A DNA stretch of 64,000 nt from Candidatus Marinacidobacterales bacterium (GTDB taxonomy: Bacteria > Acidobacteriota > Vicinamibacteria > Marinacidobacterales > SMYC01). The translations under genes and the position numbers were made by a program. The stretch covers positions 1,888,001 to 1,952,000 of the forward strand of contig CBDCYI010000005.1 in assembly GCA_965224085.1 (NCBI GenBank), read 5' to 3'. Numbering within the stretch: position 1 is the stretch's first letter; each line of letters opens with the position of its first letter. The notes beneath the pieces are model-generated. The model made no database searches and was not told the origin of the DNA. It saw only the letters and a list, made by a program, of their open reading frames with translations. Shown one piece after another: positions 9,537 to 17,887 of this stretch.

Positions 9537-10226
9537 TTACTTTGCGCGGTCTTCCGGGGATTGCGAATCGCCATCGTCGACCTCTGGCTCAGCAACCTCT
9601 GGCTCGGCAGCCTCTGGCTCGGCAGCCTCTGGCTCGGCAGCCTCTGGCTCGGCAGCGTCCGGCTCGGCAGCGTCCGGCTCAGCAGCGTCCGGCTCAGCAG
9701 CGTCCGGCTCGGCAGCGTCCGGCTCAGCAGCGTCCGGCTCAGCAGCGTCCGGCTCAGCAGCGTCCGGCTCAGCAGCGTCCGGCTCAGCAGCGTCCGGCTC
9801 AGCAGCGTCCGGCTCAGCAGCGTCCGGCTCGGCAGCCTCTGGCTCGGCAGCCTCTCCGGGCTCGGCAGCAGCGTCCGGCTCGGCGTCCGGCTCAGCAGCG
9901 TCCGGCTCGGCAGCGTCCGGCTCAGGCTCCGGCTCAGCAGCAGCCTCTGGCTCCGGCTCGGCAGCGTCCGGCTCAGCAGCGTCCGGCTCAGCAGCGTCCG
10001 GCTCGGCAACCTCTGGCTCGGCAGCCTCTGGCTCGGCAGCGTCCGGCTCAGCAGCGTCCGGCTCAGCAGCGTCCGGCTCAGCAGCGTCCGGCTCAGCAGC
10101 GTCCGGCTCAGCAGCCTCCGGCTCAGCAAGAACAGCGGTGATTCGTGGAACTAGCTTATGCAGCAGCTTCTCCACCCGTGCTACCAACTCCGATGTCAGC
10201 TCGGCAATCGTTTTATTGTCTTTCAT
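9537..10226 (-). CDS. Acidic low-complexity (AAEPD)n repeat protein
   Basis: GAGAGG ribosome-binding site (RBS) upstream of ATG 10226; unique 33-aa N-terminus, then ~35 AAEPD/E repeats. Confidence 0.7.
   Translation of the reverse strand: MKDNKTIAELTSELVARVEKLLHKLVPRITAVLAEPEAAEPDAAEPDAAEPDAAEPDAAEPDAAEPEAAEPEVAEPDAAEPDAAEPDAAEPEPEAAAEPEPEPDAAEPDAAEPDAEPDAAAEPGEAAEPEAAEPDAAEPDAAEPDAAEPDAAEPDAAEPDAAEPDAAEPDAAEPDAAEPDAAEPDAAEPDAAEPEAAEPEAAEPEAAEPEVAEPEVDDGDSQSPEDRAK
9580..10128. repeat. 15-bp tandem repeat (GGCTCAGCAGCGTCC), ~35 copies
   Basis: Directly visible; the variant units preserve frame. Confidence 0.97.
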
Positions 10227-10322
10227 TGAAACCTCTCAAATTCCTGGCATTTCTCAAGCCCGTGGACACGTTGCATCGGTTTCCGGACCCAAGAATCTAT
10301 CACACGACAGCTTGATTTCGGT

Positions 10323-10424
10323 TGTGCCTTCTATTTATTCATCCGCGCGCCCCGAACTTGATTAATCTCCGGTCTGCCGGCACCATGCCGGCATGATTTC
10401 GTCGTTGGTTCGCGCGCTCATCTC
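10323..10424 (-). repeat. Type-D rve-element end (~100 bp)
   Basis: Reverse complement of 36740-36843. Confidence 0.85.
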
Positions 10425-11134
10425 TAGCCGTCCCATACTTGGCGGAGCTTTCTCGATAATCATGTAAAGGACTTGGTGTCGCTCGACTTTTTCACTTTGC
10501 CGACCGCAACCTTCAGAGTTCTGTTCGTCTTCATCGTCCTTCGCCACGAGCGTCGCCGTATCGTTCATTTCAATGTCACCGAGCATCCTTCCGCCGAGTG
10601 GACGGCGCAGCAAATGGTCGATGCTTTTCCATGGGACACGGCGCCTCGGTACCTGGTACGGGACCGAGACCAGACCTACGGAGCGTACTTCGATAGTCGC
10701 GTCGACGGTCTCGGGATAGAGCAGGTCCTTACCGCACCGCGCTCCCCGTGGCAGAATCCATTTGTCGAAAGGATGATCGGCTCCATTCGACGTGAGTGTC
10801 TCGACCACGTGATCGTCCTTGATGAGCGGCACCTGAAGCGAATCCTACGCAAATACGTCGACTACTATCATTCGTGCCGGACTCATTTGTCGCTTGAGAA
10901 GGACGCGCCTGAGCCTCGCCGGGTAGAGTCACCGGCGATGGGCAAAGTGAGAGCCATTCCAAAGGTCGGTGGTCTCCATCATTATTACACTCGACACGCC
11001 GCTGCTTGAGCCGATCCGATCCGCTCGGGACGGCTACGGGACTTCGCGCCAGCTTACACCTATACCCCTGAGTAGAGCCGACGCCGATCCTCGAAACGTC
11101 CTACATGAAGACGACCCAAGCATCCTGGTTGCAG
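10425..11134 (+). mobile_element. 5'-truncated rve integrase-core transposase (stop 11009) with part of its 3' non-coding region
   Basis: [54 protein letters not shown]. The downstream DNA matches 37012-37170. Confidence 0.88.
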
Positions 11135-11652
11135 GCAAAGGCGTCTACTTCTTTGCCTTTGCAGAACGTCGTTGCCGGAAGATTCGGGCGTTCCCGTGTG
11201 GTGAGCGGTTTGATAATCCGTCGCACCGGGCAACTCCGGAGGTCGAAGCGGAGCCGCAGATTCTCCGGCCACCTGGCGGGCATTGGCTTAGACCGTGCCC
11301 CGTCCCAGTCGATCGTGACATGAAGCTCTTCTTTGGCGAGTTGAGCCGCCGTCCGAAGGGTCTCCGCAGGTGCCCGTGCATAACCGAACACATTGATGAA
11401 ACCGACGCGGCGTTCCGGCGTCGCCGCCACGCGCCGCCCCTCGCACTGACCTCCGGGTGAAATGGCGAACGGACGAGGTGCCTGTGCGCCGAATAGGCCG
11501 GTAAGGGCTGCATGCATAGCATAGCCGATCTCAGCGTCCCGCGGCCGACCGCGGCTATCGCCGGCCGGCGTGTCCAGGTAGCCTCGGTCAAGCGCCCAGG
11601 CGGTAAACGCGCGGAGATCAAATGGCAGGCGAACAAGGTGCAAGTCGGTCAT
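11135..11652 (-). pseudogene. cas6e: Type I-E Cas6/Cse3, 3'-truncated
   Basis: Follows cas5e; GYAMHAAL..FG..APRPF and FDLRSCPVRR..KEVDAF. The C-terminal Gly-rich loop is missing. Confidence 0.8.
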
Positions 11653-12434
11653 GATGCATCTCCAGAGCCCGGAGCATCCACGCGGTTCAGGACGAGCTTG
11701 CCGCGCGCCACGACACGCTCGCCGCCATGCAGTTGGTTTCGCCAGTCTCGTCGGTCGATGACGCGGTGCGTTACTTGCCGCGCTTCAGGCGACAAGTCGC
11801 GGTCAACTATAGGCCACTCGGCCATGACTTCTGTGAGGCCATCCGAAGCCGCGATCTCCGACCATCGGTCCGGGAAGGTGCTGGGCACACGCGTGAGTGC
11901 GTCGGTAAGACTGTTTGCATCCGCGATGACGCCGACGAACAGGCGAGTCGATGGAAGGCACGGTTTGCGTCCAATGAACAGTGGCCGCGCGGGCATCATC
12001 AGAGCGTCGCCAACCTGGCTCAACATTGGCACCTCCTTCGCTGGCGTGAGTGCCACCGCGCTCAGTCCGCTGGCGTCCGCGCGGTAGCGACGGAACCGAA
12101 TATGCGTGCCGTACCGTGCATCAGGACCACCGGCGCGATGCTCAGTGCGCCCGCGTGTCGTCCAGGCCGGGTTGCGCAGGTGTGCCTGGCCGAGATCTAC
12201 GGTCTGGTAGTCCTGTAACTCTTCACCTTCGCGCACCAGTGCGCTGGCGATTGACAAGCGCACTTGCAAGGCCTGCAACCGGTCGAAGTCGCCATGCGCG
12301 TAGCCGAGCGCGTTCGCAAGCAGGCCAGTGATCTGGCTTATCGTTGGGAACCGTCCCGTCGGTCCGATCTGGTCGACTTGGGGGCTGCCGAAACTCATGA
12401 GCGGCGCTTCCAGGTGAAGAATGAGCGCCTGCAT
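11649..12434 (-). CDS. cas5e: Type I-E Cas5/CasD
   Basis: LEAPLMSFG..FPTISQITGLLANALG..DYQTV..YRAD..PLFIGRKPCLPS. Confidence 0.92.
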   Translation of the reverse strand: MQALILHLEAPLMSFGSPQVDQIGPTGRFPTISQITGLLANALGYAHGDFDRLQALQVRLSIASALVREGEELQDYQTVDLGQAHLRNPAWTTRGRTEHRAGGPDARYGTHIRFRRYRADASGLSAVALTPAKEVPMLSQVGDALMMPARPLFIGRKPCLPSTRLFVGVIADANSLTDALTRVPSTFPDRWSEIAASDGLTEVMAEWPIVDRDLSPEARQVTHRVIDRRDWRNQLHGGERVVARGKLVLNRVDAPGSGDAS

Positions 12435-13603
12435 CAGCCAGCCTCCCCCACCTGATCGGCCACCCATTGCGCGAGCGCGTCCACTGTGACTCTCTCGCCG
12501 GCGTGGTCCGGCGCTGGCTCAATCATGGTTGCGACCCGGCGGTCCTCGTGCGCGCCGTACATGACGTCGTAGCGGCCAAGATATTTGCCGATCTCGTCGG
12601 CCGCTTTCTCCTTGGCGCCCTTCTTGGGGACGGGACTCATGAAGGCGTTCGCAAGTGTGCGTGGTTGGCGCTCACCGGTCTCCGCCAACATCAGTTCGGC
12701 GCAGGCGTACGGAGCTGTCGCTCCTCGCTTGGCGCCGGGGGAGACCGTTGCGATCAGGTGAACCAGTCGGCGGAGAACTTCCGCTGTCAGCACGTGATCG
12801 CCGGACAGGTTGTTGACAAGCTGGCGCAAATCGACGACGATGTAGGCGTAGAACAGCCCACTGGTCAGTTCGCTCGTGTTGATATGACCGGAGCCGAGTT
12901 CACCCTTAGCGGCGACCAGGTCGTCGAGCGCCGAGAAATAATCGGGCTCTGTCTCTTCGGCCTGGACAGTGAAGCTGTGTGCCACATGCACGGCCGCGTC
13001 GGCGCGCGCCATCAGGTCAGAGGTCACCATGCGCCCGAAGATCGAGGCATCAAGGCCGGAACCCATGGCCAGCGCCTTCAGATTCGTCTTCTTTGCCTTG
13101 TCCTTAAAGTAGGCATCAACCGCTTTGGCAGTCGCCTCAGCATCGTCCTGGGCGAGCTCAGCGGCACAGTCCGTGAGGAAAGCGATTTCAGGCTCGCCCA
13201 GGACAATCACCTGTTCCGTGTGCAAGCCCTCAAGCGGGTTGGCGCCCTCGCTCGGCTTTTCCTTACGTGCCTGCTTCGCCTTGATGCTCTCGCCCAGCAC
13301 CGCAGCCCGGATAGGCTTGAGCACATTGACGATCTGCTGCTCCGAGAATCCTCGTTCCTGCAACCGGCCGGCGATCACGTCGCTGAACACGCGACGTGAT
13401 CGGGTGGATTTGCCGCTGCCCAGCTCCTGCAGTGACCACTCGCCGGTCGCTTCCCGCCAGTGCCTCTTGAGGCACTGCGACGAGACGCGAATGCGATCAT
13501 AGCCGCCGAACGGCAGGCGCTTCGCTCGGCCGACATCGTCGCGGTTCAGCAGCGTTGCTGAGTAGCCGGTGAGGGTGTGGAGTTGGAGAAAGCGTGGGTT
13601 CAT
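12434..13603 (-). CDS. cas7e: Type I-E Cas7/Cse4/CasC
   Basis: FLQLHTL..LNRDDVGRAKRLPFGG..RVSSQCLKRHWR..FGRM..DAAVHVAHSFT..DYFSALDDL. Confidence 0.95.
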   Translation of the reverse strand: MNPRFLQLHTLTGYSATLLNRDDVGRAKRLPFGGYDRIRVSSQCLKRHWREATGEWSLQELGSGKSTRSRRVFSDVIAGRLQERGFSEQQIVNVLKPIRAAVLGESIKAKQARKEKPSEGANPLEGLHTEQVIVLGEPEIAFLTDCAAELAQDDAEATAKAVDAYFKDKAKKTNLKALAMGSGLDASIFGRMVTSDLMARADAAVHVAHSFTVQAEETEPDYFSALDDLVAAKGELGSGHINTSELTSGLFYAYIVVDLRQLVNNLSGDHVLTAEVLRRLVHLIATVSPGAKRGATAPYACAELMLAETGERQPRTLANAFMSPVPKKGAKEKAADEIGKYLGRYDVMYGAHEDRRVATMIEPAPDHAGERVTVDALAQWVADQVGEAG

Positions 13604-13618
13604 AATCGGGTCTCCTTA

Positions 13619-14055
13619 CTAATTGGATGATCGCTGGGCCGGTACACGGAAGTAATCTTGCGCCATCCGGTGGCTGGCGATCCGATGGTGGACTCTTAGG
13701 CCCAAGTGCTTGAGCATTAGGTGAGCCGGCTGCTCCCAGTTGGCTTTACCCCGGCACGCGCGAGCCAAGCGCCGGCGACACGAAGTTCGCGAGCCAGCGC
13801 CGAGCCTTCGGCGCGTAACAACCGGACGAAACGACCTTCTGAGTATTCCGTGGCGGCAAGCGCCGCACCGAACGGCTGATCGAACGAGTGTGGGTTCGGT
13901 GCCATCTCGGCCATGGCGCGAACAAGCGCAGCCCATGCTAGATCGACACCTGTGTTGACGTGACCATCGCGTTCCCGCCATTCCGCGGGTACGTTCGTCA
14001 GGTACTGTTTCCAGAACGCTGGCGGAAGGTCGTCGTCCGTAATCCGCCGAAGCGC
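13619..14055 (-). pseudogene. cse2: Type I-E Cse2/CasB, 5'-truncated and frameshifted
   Basis: Lies upstream of cas7; PPAFW..FGAALA..YSEGRFVRLLRA, with MAQDYFR in another frame. Confidence 0.7.
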
Positions 14056-14490
14056 TGCCTTGGTGCACAACTCCGATAGAGGCCGAGAACTCGCTTGGCC
14101 CCGGCTCCCATCATCCGATCATCTCGCTATCAGGCATCCCGAGCGCCGTCATGGTGTTGAGAATCTTGCACCCGATCCTTGCCTCGACTCTCTGTGCCGC
14201 CAACCCTCTCGCTCGCATCGCTGAGCCCACGATAGCCTTGTAGCGATGGAACGTTGTCTCGACTTTGCTCCGTTTGCTGTAGCCCGATTCTGTGTGCCAC
14301 TTTCGTTTGCCGAGCCGAGCTTGTGCTGCAATGTTGCGATTGCGCTGTCGGCTGCTCGCCGGCCCCGATGCGAGCTGGGCGCCCTTGCGCGGCGGTATCA
14401 GCACCCTCGGCGAGCGATGAGCGCTGTGATTCTCGATTGCCTCATAGACGCCGCTGGCGTCGTATGCGGTGTCAGCTCTGGCCGATGAGA
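14056..14490 (-). pseudogene. IS5-family (IS903 group) transposase 3' fragment with end
   Basis: LIPPRKGA..SGYSKRSKVETTFHRYK; same end as 9162. Confidence 0.85.
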
Positions 14491-15117
14491 TGGGACTAGT
14501 TCGGGACGGTAGGACAGCCCGTCGAGGGAGTCGAGGTCAGGATCGCGAAGGATGGAGAGATCCTGGTCCGTGGGCCCAACGTCATGAAGGGCTACTACAA
14601 GAACGAGGCAGCCACTCGAGAGGCCATTGACGAGGACGACTTCTTCCATACCGGTGACGTAGGGGTTCTCGACTCAGACGGGTTTCTTGCCATCACCGAC
14701 CGCAAGAAGGACCTCATCGTTACCGCGGGAGGCAAGAACATCGCTCCCCAGCCCATCGAGGGCCGCGTCAAGACGAACGCTTACATTGCGGAGTTCGTCC
14801 TGGTGGGCAACAAGCGGAAGTTCCCGGCAGCGATCGTGGTGCCTGATTTCGAGAAGCTCGGTGCCTGGTGCAAGGAGCAATCCATCGACGCCTCCGACCG
14901 GAACTCGATGACCGGTCATCCCGATGTGATCGCTTTCATGGAGAGCCAAGTACAGTCGATGACCTCGCACCTCGCGCAGTTCGAGAAGATCAAGAAGATC
15001 ACCCTGATAGCAACGGAATTCACTCTGGAGGGCGGGGAGCTGACGCCGACGCTCAAGGTGAAACGAAAGGTTATCGAGGCCCGTTACAAGGACGTCATCG
15101 ATCGGATGTACGAGTGA
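14491..15117 (+). pseudogene. Long-chain fatty acid-CoA ligase, C-terminal fragment
   Basis: GEILVRGPNVMKGYY..FHTGDVG..ITDRKKDLIVTAGGKNIAP..ELTPTLKVKR. Confidence 0.88.
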
Positions 15118-15303
15118 CCCCGTCCTGTGCCAAAACTCGGCCCTTTTGAAATAGACTATAAATCAGCAGCTTAGTATCTGTGTTTGCGACCGGACCAAGG
15201 AGGGTAGCTCTGCTCAATGGTTGTTGCAGGCCCCACCGTCCACGCCGCGTCAACTGGTCGCTTGTAACGTTACCAGTGGATCAAGTTTTGGCACAGGACG
15301 GGG
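15118..15303. mobile_element. 186-bp MITE bounded by two type-A ends
   Basis: CCCCGTCCTGTGCCAAAACT ... AGTTTTGGCACAGGACGGGG, a 20-bp perfect inverted repeat. Confidence 0.88.
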
Positions 15304-15625
15304 TATAGCCACGCTCCATCTCTGGATCCAGCCGCAGCCCGTTACGGGTGAGGAGTAGGGTTGGAGTCGTTCGACCCAAGAGGCTGAGAAATTTGTAAGT
15401 CACTAGCCAGTGTGGTAGCGATCATCAGACGGGCCCGAGCTAGCTCCCTGGGGTAATAGTCCTTGTGCGGCTCCATGCTTAGAAGGTGGTACCACTTGTG
15501 GGGGGTGCGGCGACAGGAGCAGGGATGGACTCGGTGAACGCGTCAAGGTGACTGGAATGAACGGGCTCGTCCTCCGAGTGAAGCCCTTTTCGGGGGACTC
15601 GACGGAATCAGAAAAGGAGTGAGCG

Positions 15626-16053
15626 ATGTTTGGGCTACCGTTGGGTTGGTTTATTGGTCTTATTCTTCTCGCAATCTTTTTCCTCAATTGGATCAAGGTT
15701 CTCAACGAGTACGAGCGAGGAGTCATCTTTCGCTTCGGGAAGCTCCTGCCCTATCCCAAGGGGCCGGGACTCATCTTCGTCTTCAGCCCGATCGATCGCA
15801 TGGTGAAGATGAGTCTCCGACTGGTGGCTCTCGACGTGCCGCCCCAGGATGTGATCACTCGCGACAACGTTTCGGTGAAGGTAAACGCGGTGGTTTTCTT
15901 CCGTGTCGTTCATCCGATCAAGGCGGTGGTCGAGGTGGAGAACTTTCTCCATGCGACTTCTCAGCTTGCGCAAACGATGCTCCGCAGCGTCCTCGGTCAA
16001 GTGGAGCTCGATGATCTTCTATCCGAACGTGAGCGGCTCAACATGCAGCTCCA
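15626..16053 (+). pseudogene. SPFH/slipin (stomatin-like) protein, 3'-truncated
   Basis: AAGGAG RBS; [48 protein letters not shown], then fused to unrelated DNA. Confidence 0.88.
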
Positions 16054-17104
16054 GGCTCCTTGGACGACTCTGAGCGAAAGCCGGGTGAGGCTCGCCGCGG
16101 TTATCACTACGCTGATCCTCGGGATTACGACGTATTGCTGTGCACGTCATCGGTCGAGGTGGGCGTCACCTTTCACAGCACGCTCATGTTCATGGAGCCC
16201 GGGCATGATCTCGCGAGTTTCGTGCAGCGTATCGGGCGGGTCTCTCGCGGCAAAGACGATGGACAGGTCATTGTATCCTTGTCCAAGGATCGGCGTAATC
16301 GCCACACCTGGATCCGACACATCGCGACGATCATTGAAAGTGACGAGGAACTAAGCCCCCAGACGGTCACGGATAAGATTCTTCGCGATGCGCGAAATCG
16401 TATTTGTCCGACGCGCAAAGAAGCAGAAGCAGACTTCGCCTCGGACGGTTCGACGGTGCCATTCTATCGACGGGCCTCGTGGCGTGGAGCATTCTGGGCA
16501 GCACTGTTCATCGTAGCAGTACGGCGAACCAAAATGAAGGTACAGAAAGAGGCGAAAGAACGTCTGCGCCAAATTTCACCGCGCGTGGTGAAGTTCGTGG
16601 AGGCAAAAATCTGGGAGATTTTGTCGGTCGATGTGGTCAACGATAACCTGCCGCAGCGCTCGCAGCCGCACAAGCGCTGGGTCGACGCGTTGCTTAGCAG
16701 TGCGCTCACGTACCGCGACATCGGCTCGACGATCACGGTTGTGGACCCAAATGGTACGCGTCATTCCGCAACGGAGTCCTTTCTGTGCCGCGCAACGAAC
16801 ATTCTCAATCGGCACATTGAATCTGAAGCGGACGGAGAGCGGGTCATCCATTTGAGATCGCGGACTCTCAACGAGGAAATCAACTCGTTCCCCGGCAAAC
16901 CAGAGCTGCAGAGGATGACGCTTCACATTCGTTCGCCGATTGGGGATCGTGGATTCTCGCTTTCGATTTCGGAACAGGAGAAGCGAACCGAGCGACTGAA
17001 CGCTCGTTTGGTCGAGGAGTGGAAACACCAGTTTGCCAAATTCATCCCGGCGGGGGACGAGCACGTGCAAGACCCGCGCAAAAAGGTGATGGGCGCCGCG
17101 ACCG
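16054..17104 (+). pseudogene. Cas3'-like SF2 helicase C-terminal fragment (resembles type I-D Cas3')
   Basis: [32 protein letters not shown] (motifs V/VI); both ends truncated. Confidence 0.55.
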
Positions 17105-17812
17105 CCCGCTGGCCCGAAGAAGCGACGGATGACCTTCTGGTAGAATTCGAATCCATCCGTGACGATCAGGGGAAGACGTCCGAAATTCATCCGCCTCGAA
17201 AGGTCGCGAAACAGAGCGTGAGTGTTCCGGTAGCTTCGCCTTCCCGTCACCGTCGATGGCCAGAGCCGAGACCAGACCTCGATCGTAACGAAGACCCAAC
17301 TCGGCGTCTTCTTGTTGCCCGCGAACGTGCGAATCTCGTCGGCTTGAAGCTCTTCGGCAGCGAAGCCAGCGATCCTTCTGTGATTGAATCGACGACACAC
17401 TTGGGCTGCCTTCTCGAGCCAGCGGGCGACGGTGTTCCAGGCAATCCCTTCGATCCGGGAAATCGCGGAAATGCTGACACCCTCGACTCTGAGAGCGATG
17501 ACCCCATCGAAAGTAGCTCTTCGATGTTGGAGACGGTAGTAGGGCGTGCCTTTCGTCGAAGAGAACGTCTTGCCGCACTCGCCGCACCGGTATCGACGGC
17601 GTTTCCCGGACCTCGTTCTGTAGAATCCGTTGTGAATAATGCTTCTGGAACCGACTGTTCCATACGACGGACATGCGGGATTGAGACATCTGCGATTCTT
17701 CACTTCGGCTCGGCCCTGACGATGAGAGAACTGTGTCTTCAGAATTCTGGTTCAAACTCTAGCACGCGAACGGGTTACGCGGCAGCCACCAACACTTCAT
17801 GGCGGAAGCACC
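17105..17812 (-). mobile_element. IS1-family element: left end plus N-terminal transposase (start 17703), truncated
   Basis: TIR GGTGCTTCCGCCATGAAGTGTTGGTG at 17812; CLNPAC..RYRCGECGKTF Zn ribbon, HTH, LQADEI, IVTDG. Confidence 0.88.
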
Positions 17813-17868
17813 ACCTTTTTTGCAAAGGGATGCGTACACATCACCAACAGCAAACAGCGCAAGCATCC
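17813..17868 (-). repeat. Half copy of the IS1-derived MITE
   Basis: TTTGCAAAGGGATGCGTACACATCACCAACAGCAAACAGCGCAAGCA is the reverse complement of the MITE left part. Confidence 0.8.
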
Positions 17869-17887
17869 AACAGCAAGGGGCTGCGGC

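Noticed and set aside
9580-10128. Repeat array near cas genes as a possible CRISPR array
   Set aside because: Contiguous 15-bp units with no unique spacers; it is a coding tandem repeat.
9352-10365. Plus-strand ORFs (SGSAA)n, (QQRPA)n and (SSVRL)n
   Set aside because: They are open only because the repeat has no stops; the minus-strand frame has the RBS and a unique N-terminus.
10425-14490. CRISPR-associated transposon (Cascade next to a transposase)
   Set aside because: The neighbouring transposases truncate cas6e and cse2, and there is no tnsC, tniQ or array.
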